Part shown: piece after piece, positions 45,683 through 56,193 of the stretch
Layout of the letters: each line of letters opens with the position of its first letter
Position numbering within the stretch: position 1 is the stretch's first letter
Assembly: GCA_041665485.1 (NCBI GenBank)
Contig: JBAYIT010000003.1
Coordinates: 67,146 to 131,145 of the forward strand
DNA length: 64,000 bases
Source: Candidatus Shapirobacteria bacterium
GTDB lineage: Bacteria > Patescibacteriota > Microgenomatia > UBA12405
Direction of reading: 5' to 3'
Notes under the pieces: generated by a model
Databases searched by the model: none
What the model saw: the letters and a program-made list of their open reading frames with translations, nothing else
What the model was told of the DNA's origin: nothing
Translations under genes and position numbers: made by a program

Positions 45683-48222
45683 TTTTTTAATAATTTTATT
45701 GTACCTTTTAATGCATTAAACTTTTCAATTTCAGCCTTTAAATTTGACGATTCAGGAGTATTACCTACGGTGTCATCCGAATGTAAATGACCTTCAATGT
45801 ATTCTGATAAACGACTATATGTTTCACATATTTCTATTGTAATTGCTGGAGTTACAATCACATTTTTTAAACTGTCTATACTTATCCTTTCTTCCCATCT
45901 TTTTACAACTTTATTAAATAATTCATTTACTATCAGATGTTCGTAACATGTTCTCAAAAGACTAAAACCGTCTTTAATAATCTTTTCATTTTCTGATCCA
46001 TTCACAGTAAGGGATTGGTTGTACAGTACCGACACTTCATCACTGTTTTTGTAACGACTTTCGTCCCCTGGCCCGTCATTATTAGCAATAATGCCAGGGA
46101 TACCATTTATTTTTTTGATCCAATGAAAAGAAGTATCTATTTTTCGCAACTCCGCTTTTTTCCGCAAAAAGAAGAGAAAAATTGGATCGTGAGTAAAGAT
46201 AATTACTTGTTTTAACTCGCTTAGGTCAGTTAACCTTGTCGCGATTTTTTCTTTTCTTTCTAAGTCTAGGGAGGTAACAGGATCGTCGAAAATCATCCCA
46301 TAATTATTTGGACATAATGTATTTTCTGTAACGAAGTCTGCGATTGAGGTGACTTTTTGTTCACCTTCGCTTAATACCTTATCCGGTTGCCTGCCACAAA
46401 TTTGAAGTTGCCGGTATGATTTACCTTTATCTCCTGATTGATTAATAGCTATACCAAATCCGGCGTCGAGTAGAGTACATTCTGCATTAAATATGTCTTT
46501 ATATTTTTGATCTACCAATTTTCTATATAGTTCAGAATGTTTTAGAGTTATCTTTGTTGTGTCTAATTCTTTGATTCCGTTTCTAAAGTTGTTACTAATT
46601 CTAAGATTTCTAAGATGTAATTTAATCTGTTGAAGTAAATCAGAATAAATTTGTTTATTTTTTAGGGTCTCCAGTGTTGTATTGATATTCTCGATTTCTT
46701 TTGTTTTGTCTGCCTTTGTTAGCTTGTCAATTTCAGTTTGAATCTTGATTACAGACTTATTCAAGTTATAAAATCTTTTATAAAGTCTAGAAGTTTTAGT
46801 CCAATCACCCACGTTAATATTGGCTAATAATTGGATTTTTAGTCGACTTAACAATTTTGAATATTTTATTAGTTTTACCAGAATAGCTTTATCATTATCT
46901 TCCAACCATTTGTAAACTACTGTACCTTCAGACACCAATACAGTATCCAGTGCTTGAAGTTCTAGTTCCAAATTTTTTAATATGGTCTCATCATATTTCA
47001 ACTTAGTTTCGAGTGCATTTGATAATAATTCCCAATATCTTTCAACTAACTTTACCGACTCAGGTGAAAGTGGCTGCCAACAAAATATACATGGGTCTCC
47101 AACTTTTGGATATACATAGCCATTGCGCTTGATAAAATCTTGACCAGCGACAAGGAAATTTTTCCATTTTTCATTACCTACACCATCAATGTCTTTATTC
47201 TTAAAATCTTGCACCCCTCTTTTCAACAAAAGTGATTTATTATTTTTAATTGACCTTATGAGAACTTTAATATTATTTCTTACCTGTAAATTCAAGTTTA
47301 TTTTTGCCTGAATAAGTATTTGCTGGGCTTGGAGAATACCTTTTTTTACCACCTCTAACTCATCAAGTTTTCTTTTTATATCTAGTGCTACCAAAATTTG
47401 CTTTTCTTTCTCTAGTGACTTTGCTTTGTCTTTTTCAATATTTGTAATTTCATATTTTTTCAGTTCTTCATCGGTAGTTGTCGCCTTTATTCCGATAATA
47501 AATGTTTTTACCTCTGAATCACCAGAAAAATGTATGGAGAAGTCGATTTCGTCGTTATACTTTTTAAGATTTTCTTCGGCTAGTACTTTTATTTCACTAA
47601 AAACTGTCGCTAATTTTTCGAAATAATCTAGTCCCTGTGGTTTGAACGTTAATTGATTTTTGTCGTCAAGATGAACGCGAACGCTTTTGTTATCGAAGAC
47701 AGAAAAGCAGTCAAATCTGCCGTCTGCTTTATCGTTTGGAAATTCCAAGACGAATTCTTCACTATCTTCACTAGTAAATGTAAATTTTCCGTGGGGTTCA
47801 ATTGAAGTATCTTTAAATACGTTTGGCAAGATTTCCATATCCCCTCGGGAAATAAATGAGTTATTCAGTAATCTGATGTACCCAGTCTTGCCTGATCCGT
47901 TGTTTCCGTAAATTACAGTTAAATTCTTTGAAAATTCAATTTTTTGATTTGTAGCCAAGGCATTGGCAACTACTTCCTCAAGTCTTTTCAAATAAACACG
48001 ACTATTGCCTTTATCTGTTGCAACCTTGTCGATCAGAACTGCTTCTGGTTTAGATTCTGCTGGTTTTGATAACTTATGCTCCTCAAGAAAGTATTTGAAT
48101 ATTACCGCAAGTTCAATGTTTTTATCGTTTAAGATTAATCGAGACGTATATTGCACCCAATATGGTTGTTGCTTCACCCACGCAACAATTTCCTGATTTA
48201 CATCCAGTTCGCTGTCAATCAC
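45679..48222 (-). CDS. SMC/Rad50-like ABC ATPase (AAA_13/RloC-like) with zinc hook
   Basis: GNNGSGKTG, CIFCWQ, LSEGE, FDDPVTSLD, IFTHD; C-terminal LRTCYE...GHLHSD. Confidence 0.8.
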   Translation of the reverse strand: MIDSELDVNQEIVAWVKQQPYWVQYTSRLILNDKNIELAVIFKYFLEEHKLSKPAESKPEAVLIDKVATDKGNSRVYLKRLEEVVANALATNQKIEFSKNLTVIYGNNGSGKTGYIRLLNNSFISRGDMEILPNVFKDTSIEPHGKFTFTSEDSEEFVLEFPNDKADGRFDCFSVFDNKSVRVHLDDKNQLTFKPQGLDYFEKLATVFSEIKVLAEENLKKYNDEIDFSIHFSGDSEVKTFIIGIKATTTDEELKKYEITNIEKDKAKSLEKEKQILVALDIKRKLDELEVVKKGILQAQQILIQAKINLNLQVRNNIKVLIRSIKNNKSLLLKRGVQDFKNKDIDGVGNEKWKNFLVAGQDFIKRNGYVYPKVGDPCIFCWQPLSPESVKLVERYWELLSNALETKLKYDETILKNLELELQALDTVLVSEGTVVYKWLEDNDKAILVKLIKYSKLLSRLKIQLLANINVGDWTKTSRLYKRFYNLNKSVIKIQTEIDKLTKADKTKEIENINTTLETLKNKQIYSDLLQQIKLHLRNLRISNNFRNGIKELDTTKITLKHSELYRKLVDQKYKDIFNAECTLLDAGFGIAINQSGDKGKSYRQLQICGRQPDKVLSEGEQKVTSIADFVTENTLCPNNYGMIFDDPVTSLDLERKEKIATRLTDLSELKQVIIFTHDPIFLFFLRKKAELRKIDTSFHWIKKINGIPGIIANNDGPGDESRYKNSDEVSVLYNQSLTVNGSENEKIIKDGFSLLRTCYEHLIVNELFNKVVKRWEERISIDSLKNVIVTPAITIEICETYSRLSEYIEGHLHSDDTVGNTPESSNLKAEIEKFNALKGTIKLLKK

Positions 48223-48553
48223 CTAATACCTCCATATTTTTTGGTTTCATCTTCCAATTGTCTCATGGCCTTATTCTACCGCCAAAGATGATAATTATCA
48301 GACAATCAGTCTAGTAGTGACTAGTGTATCGTAATTAAATTGACGTAGAGGAGAAATTTAAACTTACTTAATGTTGTTGACGTTATATAACAGTGTCTTC
48401 ACCTTGGTGGTCGGCCGGACTCGACAAAAACGTTCTCCAGTGGATGCTGGATAACGTGAAATAAACGCAATCGCCAGAGGGGGAAAAAGAATCCGCCCTC
48501 TCTAATTGTTAATTCAGTCTACACAAAAAAATATGTTAATTGTTTAATCTTTC

Positions 48554-48676
48554 ATGAAAAAACCAACTAAAGCTCAACTAAGCCGGGCCGGTAAAGATCT
48601 GCGGAATCCTCACACCAGAGAGGTGAAAGAAAGGAAAGCGACACAAACACTCGTCGCAGGTAGGAAGAAAAAATAG
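48554..48676 (+). CDS. 40-aa highly basic small protein (not in ORF track)
   Basis: MKKPTKAQLSRAGKDLRNPHTREVKERKATQTLVAGRKKK*. Confidence 0.45.
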   Translation: MKKPTKAQLSRAGKDLRNPHTREVKERKATQTLVAGRKKK

Positions 48677-48807
48677 AGAGATCGAATTGTAGCCCATTTT
48701 CATATTTATAGATAAAATATTATTATTTGGAATAATTCAATAACAAATACAAACATGACATAGAATGATATATGGCGCGCAATCCGTGAATCAGATAGAC
48801 TGTCTAT

Positions 48808-49902
48808 ATGCAAAAAAGAAAGGGGGGTAAACCCAGAATATTATCTTTATTTTCCGGGTGCGGAGGGCTGGACTTAGGATTCGTACAAGAAGACTTTAGG
48901 ATTGTTTGGGCAAATGATTTTTATCATCCTGCTTGCGAAACATATAAGAACAACTTTGGTGACCACATTTTCGAAAGAGATATTACCGAAGTCGATTTTA
49001 AAAATCTTCCGGACTGCGATATTATCACGGGAGGGTTTCCTTGTCAGGATTTTTCAATGATTTGGAAGCGGGGAGGTATCGGCACCGATAGGGGCAATTT
49101 ATATAAATATTTTGTTAAAGCAGTATCCGCAAAGTTACCCAAAATATTTGTTGCAGAGAATGTTAAAGGTCTCCTCACCGCGAATAAAGGAATGGCGATA
49201 AAACAAATCGTTGAAGATTTTCAAAAGATCGATCATTCGGGTTATAGAATTTATATTAATCTATATAACTTTGCAGAATACGGAGTACCTCAATTAAGAG
49301 AAAGGGTCATTATTGTGGGTGTAAGGAGCGACATCCCCTTTAAGTTTCGTAAACCTGCTCCAATCCGTAGTCAAAATAATTACGTGACCTCTAAAGAAGC
49401 CCTTAAAGACGTTGAAAAAGTTGTATATAACAATGAGCACATAAATATAATGGAAAGGACTAAAAAAATAATAAGTTTAATTCCGCCGGGAGGAAATTTT
49501 ACCGATATACCAAAAGACAGCCCTTATTACGTAAAGGGAATGATAAGCCACGTATATAGGAGACTCCATCCGGACAAGCCCTCGACAACGATAATTGCAG
49601 GCGGTGGTGGCGGTACATGGGGTTATCATTTCAATGAACCTAGACCATTAACAAACAGAGAAAGAGCTCGATTATTCGGATATCCGGACGATTTCATATT
49701 CACAGGTTCTGTCGCTGAAGTTAGAAAGCAAATTGGTAACTCAGTTCCGCCTCCGGGGGCCAGAGCAGTAGCGAAAGAAATAAAAAAGCTCTTTAAAGAA
49801 ACGTTTACGCCGGTAAATGTGAACAATTTAAGACCATTATCCGGGGATGCGTTAAAATACATTAGTTATGATGAATCGGGAGAGCTTAAACTAAAAAAAT
49901 AA
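48808..49902 (+). CDS. DNA (cytosine-5)-methyltransferase
   Basis: LFSGCGG, GGFPCQDFS, ENVKG, PQLRER, RERARL, QIGNSVPP. Confidence 0.96.
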   Translation: MQKRKGGKPRILSLFSGCGGLDLGFVQEDFRIVWANDFYHPACETYKNNFGDHIFERDITEVDFKNLPDCDIITGGFPCQDFSMIWKRGGIGTDRGNLYKYFVKAVSAKLPKIFVAENVKGLLTANKGMAIKQIVEDFQKIDHSGYRIYINLYNFAEYGVPQLRERVIIVGVRSDIPFKFRKPAPIRSQNNYVTSKEALKDVEKVVYNNEHINIMERTKKIISLIPPGGNFTDIPKDSPYYVKGMISHVYRRLHPDKPSTTIIAGGGGGTWGYHFNEPRPLTNRERARLFGYPDDFIFTGSVAEVRKQIGNSVPPPGARAVAKEIKKLFKETFTPVNVNNLRPLSGDALKYISYDESGELKLKK

Positions 49903-49903
49903 T

Positions 49904-50920
49904 ATGCTATGGAATAATGTCGACACTTTAGGCGGAGATTTTATAAATCAAGTAGACACAGAGTTTGGCGATGCCCTTGGAGTAACAATCGCTTCGGGAT
50001 ATGTTTCTTTGGATATTATCAATAAGTATTATTCTAATTTTCAAACAATTTCACAAAACGGAGGGTCGTCAAGATTGTTGGTTGGAATGGCCTTTTATGA
50101 GGGATTGTCAGCAAATAAACTGTCATTGTTGACTAGTCTTAATAATCAATTAAAACAAACAAATGAAAATAACGGAGTATTTGTGAGCTACAATGGAAAA
50201 TTCCATGGGAAAATATACCAGTTCGACAAAGACGCAGGAAAATCCTACTATTTAGGATCGTCGAATTTTTCCAGAAGCGGTTTATCTGGAAACATTGAAT
50301 GTACAGCATCCATTTCTGATTCGGACACACAATCGAGACTAAGTACATTTATAGGCTACTTATTCTTGCCAGAAAATGCCATCCATATTGATAAGGCGGA
50401 AATTGTAGTACCCGGAAGTTCAGAATATCGACAAAAAATGGCGATTACTCTCGACGATCTTGAAAAATACGATCCAGCAACTGTCGATAAGTCGATCCTC
50501 CCAATTTTTGAATTCCCTCTTTCGCGTATTGCCAATAAAGAAAAGTCAAATTTAAACGCGTATTTTGGGAAGGGTCGATGGTCAAGGGCAACTGGAAAAA
50601 TCGTTCCTAGGCCCTGGTATGAAGTCGAATTAATAGCCGACAGTAGTGTTCGAGGTACTCCGTTATACCCTAGAGGCGATTTTAAAGCATATACCGATGA
50701 CGGATATATTATCCCAATGGTAACCAACGGAGACTACGATAAAAATATAAGATCCAAAAGTAATTTAAAGATACTTGGCCAATGGATAAAGAACAAACTT
50801 CAAAAAAGCGGTGCATTACTCCCGTTAATGCCGGTCACTCAAGATACTTTGGACGCATATGGACGAAGTTCTATAAACTTCTACAAAATAAGGGATGGTA
50901 AATACTACATGGAGTTTTAA
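49904..50920 (+). CDS. PLD-family restriction endonuclease (NgoFVII/NgoAVII-like)
   Basis: ASGYVS, LLVGM, FHGKIY, YLGSSNFS; C-terminal SNLN..FG.GR...PRPWYE B3-like domain. Confidence 0.85.
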   Translation: MLWNNVDTLGGDFINQVDTEFGDALGVTIASGYVSLDIINKYYSNFQTISQNGGSSRLLVGMAFYEGLSANKLSLLTSLNNQLKQTNENNGVFVSYNGKFHGKIYQFDKDAGKSYYLGSSNFSRSGLSGNIECTASISDSDTQSRLSTFIGYLFLPENAIHIDKAEIVVPGSSEYRQKMAITLDDLEKYDPATVDKSILPIFEFPLSRIANKEKSNLNAYFGKGRWSRATGKIVPRPWYEVELIADSSVRGTPLYPRGDFKAYTDDGYIIPMVTNGDYDKNIRSKSNLKILGQWIKNKLQKSGALLPLMPVTQDTLDAYGRSSINFYKIRDGKYYMEF

Positions 50921-50948
50921 TCGGGCATCTTTATAATTCATTCCATAA

Positions 50949-51350
50949 ATGGATAACCTGATAAAAGAGCAACGCAGTTTAAACATGTCGCGGATAAAAA
51001 GTTCTAATACTAAATTAGAACAAAAATTCTTTAAACTCCTTAATGAACGGCACATCGATTATATTGACCATCCAAACCTATTTGGAAAGCCAGACTGCCA
51101 AATAAACAATGTATTGATCTTTATAGATAGTGACTTCTGGCACGGCTGGAATTTTAAACGATGGAAAGAAAGATTGCCAAAAGAGTACTGGAGATTAAAA
51201 ATTGCACGTAATATTAATCGTGATCATCACAAATTTAGAAAATTAAAAGACGAAGGATATGTTGTAATTAGGATTTGGGAACATAATCTAAAAAAAGAAG
51301 ATAAAATGAACAAATTACTCCATAACATCACACAGAATAACAAAGGTTAG
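50949..51350 (+). CDS. vsr: very short patch repair endonuclease
   Basis: RSLNMSRIKS.NTK.E, GKPD, DSDFWHG, YW..KI.RN..RD, RIWEH. Confidence 0.92.
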   Translation: MDNLIKEQRSLNMSRIKSSNTKLEQKFFKLLNERHIDYIDHPNLFGKPDCQINNVLIFIDSDFWHGWNFKRWKERLPKEYWRLKIARNINRDHHKFRKLKDEGYVVIRIWEHNLKKEDKMNKLLHNITQNNKG

Positions 51351-51355
51351 ATAAA

Positions 51356-51982
51356 TTACGGCCCAATCTCTCCCACAAACGTTCTTGGATTCACTGGTAT
51401 TCCAAATACATTAATTTGGAAATGTAAATGTGGTCCAGTTGACCAGCCAGTTGTTCCTTCTTTGCCAATCACATCCCCGATTTTTACCTTTTGGCCTTTA
51501 TAAACCAACACTTTATCTAAGTGGCCATATAAGGAAGTCACATTATTCCCATGGTCAATAATTATGTGCTTGCCGTAGCCTATCGCCGTTTGAGCCGCAT
51601 AAGTTACTGTTCCATCCATAAAGGGAGTAATATCATCGCCAGTTTTTCCTTCGGGGTTAGCAATATCAATCCCAGTATGAAATAGTTGGTAGGGGAGATG
51701 AGGTTTGCCAAATTCCAAAGTTATTACCCCCTTAACCGGCCAGACCATTGGTGAAGAAATAACCTTAACAACCTTGCCACTGGCTGGATCATGAATGTCA
51801 ACCGTGTTGGTGGCTGAATCGACTGTCGCCAGCTTATCAGAAACAATGTTTATGCCCGTCTGGGTCAAAATAATAACGGCGATTACCGGCAACAATAAAA
51901 CCAAAAGAAAGGCAAAGATTACAATTTTTAACTCCCCTCGATACGACCAAAGGGCAAAAATGGTTCCAATTGGCATGGGCAT
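51356..51982 (-). CDS. M23 peptidase (T4SS-associated wall hydrolase)
   Basis: HTGIDIA, YGHL, TGWSTGPHLHF; N-terminal TM. Confidence 0.92.
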   Translation of the reverse strand: MPMPIGTIFALWSYRGELKIVIFAFLLVLLLPVIAVIILTQTGINIVSDKLATVDSATNTVDIHDPASGKVVKVISSPMVWPVKGVITLEFGKPHLPYQLFHTGIDIANPEGKTGDDITPFMDGTVTYAAQTAIGYGKHIIIDHGNNVTSLYGHLDKVLVYKGQKVKIGDVIGKEGTTGWSTGPHLHFQINVFGIPVNPRTFVGEIGP

Positions 51983-51983
51983 A

Positions 51984-53783
51984 TTAGCTATAAATTTCTC
52001 TTGGGTCAGTCGTCAGTAGGGGATGTTCTTTTTCCGAAGCCACCACCTTTAAAGCCACATGGTTTTGATCGGCAATAATCAATGCCTCACCCCGATCGCA
52101 AGTTAACAAGAAATGTTGTTCATAACCGCTTAAATGAAACTCTTCCGCCACTTTCTTAATCGTCGTCGTATCCTGTTTCATTAACACTCGCAGTGATGAT
52201 TGGGAGGCAATCGCTCGGCCGTATTCGGAACTCAAAAAATCATTGGCTTGTTGGGAAATAATCGTTACCCCCAGATAATACTTTCTTGCCCGTCTTACTA
52301 ATCCCGAGATATAGCGCGCACTTTCTTCCTGTTGTAAAAGTATCCACCCCTCATCAATTACCAATATTCTTTTTTGCGGATGAGTCTTTACTTGTGAATT
52401 AACAAAATTAGCAATCGTCAACATCATAATTGGTCGCAAGGTTTCACTAAGATCTTTAATATCAAAAACTACCAATCGGTTATCAAGTTCAATATTAGTT
52501 TGGGAATCAAACACAGAAGACAATGACCCTTTGACAAATCTTTCTAATCGGTCGCCTAAATCTTTCTGTTTCAGCCGCTTAAGTGTTTTGTAAAAATCTT
52601 TAAGTAGCGGGAACTCCTGTTTCTTTTTCGCCTTATTCTTGCCGTTTAGGGTATAGCCAAACTCTTTGTAAGTCAGAATAATCACCCTATCTACCACCGC
52701 TTTTTCTTCCGATGATAACCCTCCAACCATCAGGGAGATTATTTCTGTTAAATCCTGAATGTGTTCCGACAAACCATTTTCACCGGTCACAGTCGTGGTT
52801 GAAAAATCAAAGGGGTTGATTTTTTCTTTTGATTTAGCCGAAAGCTGGATATAAACACCATCAACCGAGGCCGCTAATTGTTTATATTCCCGCTCTGGAT
52901 CAACCACAATTACCCGAGTCCCCTGCATCAATTGTCTTAAAATTTCCACCTTGGCGGTATAGCTTTTGCCAGATCCCGATTGAGCAAAGATAATACTATT
53001 GGCGTTAGTCAGAGAAAAACGGTCAATTATCACCAATGAATTATTTGACCGATTAACCCCATAGAGTATCCCCGACTCTTGAACCAATTCCGACGACACA
53101 AACGGAAATGTCAGTGCCGCCGATGAGCTGTCTAAGTTTCGTTTTTGATCTAAAAGGTTTTGGCATCGGGGCAAAATAGATTGCAACCCCTCAACTTGTT
53201 GAAAGGTGGCCGTTTTTATATAAAACATTCGGGTTGACATCACTGTTTCTAAAAGAGTCGTCAATTTTTGTAATTCAGATAAAGAATCAGCCGAAATCGT
53301 CATATATATTGAGACTTGAAATAGCTTTTCCTGCCCCCTCAAAATCTTATCTTTTAACTCCATGGCCGATTCCAGTGGATCAGTAATTTCGCTCCCCACC
53401 ACCTTACCATCTTTAAACATGTTTCTTTTAGTCGATTCCAACTCCGTGATTTTTCGGTTTAACTTAGGTAGGGCCAAGAGGGGATCGACTTGTTCTATGT
53501 GATAGGCAATATCAATATTATGGTTAAAGTTAATCAGCATTGATAACCAGCCGGTTGTCGCCACATAGGGGTAGCCGGAAATAAACAGGGTTCTAATATA
53601 ACGATTACCGATTTGCAAGTAACTCGAATCTTCTTTTAGTCCGGAATAGGAAATTAAATCCACCTGATCTTGTTCGCCAAAATAGAAGTTAACCGATTTT
53701 TTTGGCGTTTGGATTTTTACCAATTTACGCTTTCTTTTTAGAATCGGCTTCATTTTTTGGATCCGTTTTTTTAAATTAAACAT
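51984..53783 (-). CDS. VirB4-like conjugation ATPase
   Basis: NANSIIFAQSGSGKS, VDPEREY, INPFD, IDEGW, RRARKY, SQ. Confidence 0.9.
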   Translation of the reverse strand: MFNLKKRIQKMKPILKRKRKLVKIQTPKKSVNFYFGEQDQVDLISYSGLKEDSSYLQIGNRYIRTLFISGYPYVATTGWLSMLINFNHNIDIAYHIEQVDPLLALPKLNRKITELESTKRNMFKDGKVVGSEITDPLESAMELKDKILRGQEKLFQVSIYMTISADSLSELQKLTTLLETVMSTRMFYIKTATFQQVEGLQSILPRCQNLLDQKRNLDSSSAALTFPFVSSELVQESGILYGVNRSNNSLVIIDRFSLTNANSIIFAQSGSGKSYTAKVEILRQLMQGTRVIVVDPEREYKQLAASVDGVYIQLSAKSKEKINPFDFSTTTVTGENGLSEHIQDLTEIISLMVGGLSSEEKAVVDRVIILTYKEFGYTLNGKNKAKKKQEFPLLKDFYKTLKRLKQKDLGDRLERFVKGSLSSVFDSQTNIELDNRLVVFDIKDLSETLRPIMMLTIANFVNSQVKTHPQKRILVIDEGWILLQQEESARYISGLVRRARKYYLGVTIISQQANDFLSSEYGRAIASQSSLRVLMKQDTTTIKKVAEEFHLSGYEQHFLLTCDRGEALIIADQNHVALKVVASEKEHPLLTTDPREIYS

Positions 53784-54396
53784 AGTTGTTCTCCAATAGT
53801 TTTTGTAACGTTTGTCCGGTTAATGCCTGGGTTTTAATCTGTTCGGAATTATAGAAACTGTAAAATAAATCGAGTATCTCCAGGCTACTTAAAGTTTTGG
53901 CTTTCATCCCCAGTTTTTCCAAACCGCGAACGATAATATCTGTCAATAAATGTAGCTGTTCTTTCACTAACTGAAAGTCTTTATTTTTATCAGCATGCCT
54001 GTAGGGGACAACGATATAAAATTTTCGGGAAAGTATTTTGTTTCCGGCCACCAGGTTGGTTATAAAGTCACAATAGTTATCAATCTGATTCCGATAAGCT
54101 TTTTCTTTCTCGTTTTTTTTCGTTAGAGAAATTTCCTGTAAATAGCGGTCAATATCTACCTCACGAACCCGAACTAATATTTGCAACTGGCAAGGTAGGG
54201 AATTTAAAAAGTTTTGGAAACCATCAATTAATACATCTTGCTCCTCTTCGCTTTTCAGTTCAAAATTAATCGAAGAAGTTTCTAATAATACTCGATATTC
54301 TTGATTGAGAAGCACTAAAATATCGTCCTTAACTTCCTTAATTTCTATTTGTCGCCGACTACTTAATTTACTTTTTGATTTGTTTAAGAGCCACAT
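53776..54396 (-). CDS. T4SS accessory protein (between PrgI and VirB4)
   Basis: SSINFELKSEEEQD....FQNFLNSL pattern; translationally coupled. Confidence 0.7.
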   Translation of the reverse strand: MWLLNKSKSKLSSRRQIEIKEVKDDILVLLNQEYRVLLETSSINFELKSEEEQDVLIDGFQNFLNSLPCQLQILVRVREVDIDRYLQEISLTKKNEKEKAYRNQIDNYCDFITNLVAGNKILSRKFYIVVPYRHADKNKDFQLVKEQLHLLTDIIVRGLEKLGMKAKTLSSLEILDLFYSFYNSEQIKTQALTGQTLQKLLENNYV

Positions 54397-54880
54397 GCAA
54401 GCCTCCTTGTTTGCCTAACTTAAAACTTAAACTATTTTTTTGATTGTTGATGACATGTAAAAACTTTACCGATTCAACTTGGGCTAATTCGTTTTCTTTT
54501 CTGTCAACCGGCCTGGCAGAATTTACAGTCACTAATTTCCTTTTCTTTTCCATAATTGGTATCTCAATATCTCGAAGATAATTATCGTTCTTATTAAAAA
54601 TAAAATACATCGGTCGAACATTGAATCGCCATAAAATTAATAGCCAACTTAAAACCACCCTCCCCTTAATTCGGAGAGACAGAACTAAACACACAAACAA
54701 AACGATGACTATCAATGGCAGTTTGTACCAAGCCAATTTCATTACCGGTGGCACAAAAGCAAAAAGAACCGTTGTCCAAAAAATCGGGATCATCAGAATA
54801 AATATCTGCGTTATATTTAAGTTCCCGGCAATCTTATCTTCAACTGTGGTTATTTGAGCTGGAATTACCGTTGTCCTCAT
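54368..54880 (-). CDS. PrgI-family (VirB3-like) membrane protein
   Basis: IPAQITTVEDKIAGNL, two TM, position before VirB4. Confidence 0.8.
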   Translation of the reverse strand: MRTTVIPAQITTVEDKIAGNLNITQIFILMIPIFWTTVLFAFVPPVMKLAWYKLPLIVIVLFVCLVLSLRIKGRVVLSWLLILWRFNVRPMYFIFNKNDNYLRDIEIPIMEKKRKLVTVNSARPVDRKENELAQVESVKFLHVINNQKNSLSFKLGKQGGLHVALKQIKK

Positions 54881-56184
54881 GCGTGAACCTCCTTTCGGGG
54901 CGATTTAGCCGTTGCTTTGGCGGTGGCCGAGTTTCTGGAGATCGAAGACGAATTGTCAGCCGTTATAACGTTGATTATTTGGCCTCCTAACTTTTTTAAC
55001 TTTCCATTACCAGAGGTATAAAACATCATGTTAGTTATTAATGAAGGGGTCTTAAGTAAGGTTAAAAATAGACCAATGGCCACGGCAATCGATATCAATG
55101 AGTTATTCGAGTGTTCCGGTAGGGCCAGAAACGACGACGCCAACTGAATCACCACCACATGCACAAAAACTATAAAAATAGTCGCCACATATGATTTAGT
55201 TGCAATTTCTGCAAAATCCGAAAACTTAGGTATTGTCCATAAAAGAAATACAAAAGGAGAAAGTACTGCCCCCAATGACACAAAAATTAACCTGGTTATA
55301 TACATGAAAAGTAAAACAATAGCCACGATTAAAAAGATAATTAAAAATATAAGAGTAATTAAAGGGGTGGTTCCGGTTATCAGAGTAGTTGGGTTGATAA
55401 TATTGACCACCCACGAGTGACTTAAGCCACCAGTCGAATTCAATACCGCACTAACCAAAGCGTTACAAGTAATGATTGTATAATCGGCCAAAAACAATGA
55501 GATGTTGGCGCCCAAAAAGAATAAGCCAAGCCGAGGCAAAATTTGTTTAAACTCGACTTCTTCAAAGCCAAAAGTATCAGCACTCATCAAATGAAGCCCC
55601 AAAACCGCCGCTACCACCACAAACAGCGAATCAACGATCCCCAACGATATCATCCAAAAATTAACGATTACCTGATTTGAGAGCAAATTCGGGGTAGTAG
55701 TCAGATAACCAAGGATGCCGTCAACAATCGGTCTGGTTGCACTCTCCACAATGTTTTGCATGAAAGCAGACATGGCATCAATTAATACTTGGGTTAATCC
55801 GTCACTTGGTTTAACTGAATTAAGGGGGGCGAGAGTGATCGCCGGAGTAGTTCCGCTACCCGACCCTGACGACAAAGCGTTGCTAAAAAGGGAAATTAAA
55901 ACTCCGGAGACGAGCACTATCACCAGGCCCATCATCGTATTTCGAATCGTTTGTTTGGCCGAGATTAATGATTGTGGATTACCACTTGAGGTTAAATATT
56001 GATAACCAGCTTTGATTAAGAAAAACACCCCCGCTATTCCCGCAATTGCCGTAATAATCGTTAAAGTATCATTGGTATAAGTCGTTATTTCACTTGCCGT
56101 CGTGACTGCTAGAACTTGCCTGGAGGCCGCCAAACTCATGCTTAAAAACCCAATCACAGATACTAGAACTCTTCGTAAGAACAT
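54877..56184 (-). CDS. VirB6/TrbL-like polytopic membrane protein with N-terminal pilin-like segment
   Basis: GYQYLTSSGNP...AKQTI; many TM; LSPFVFL. Confidence 0.75.
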   Translation of the reverse strand: MFLRRVLVSVIGFLSMSLAASRQVLAVTTASEITTYTNDTLTIITAIAGIAGVFFLIKAGYQYLTSSGNPQSLISAKQTIRNTMMGLVIVLVSGVLISLFSNALSSGSGSGTTPAITLAPLNSVKPSDGLTQVLIDAMSAFMQNIVESATRPIVDGILGYLTTTPNLLSNQVIVNFWMISLGIVDSLFVVVAAVLGLHLMSADTFGFEEVEFKQILPRLGLFFLGANISLFLADYTIITCNALVSAVLNSTGGLSHSWVVNIINPTTLITGTTPLITLIFLIIFLIVAIVLLFMYITRLIFVSLGAVLSPFVFLLWTIPKFSDFAEIATKSYVATIFIVFVHVVVIQLASSFLALPEHSNNSLISIAVAIGLFLTLLKTPSLITNMMFYTSGNGKLKKLGGQIINVITADNSSSISRNSATAKATAKSPRKEVHA

Positions 56185-56193
56185 AAGAACACT

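Noticed and set aside
48405-48426. TGGTGGTCGGCCGGACTCGAC resembling a reverse-strand tRNA 3' end
   Set aside because: No acceptor or anticodon stems can be built; too short to support an att call
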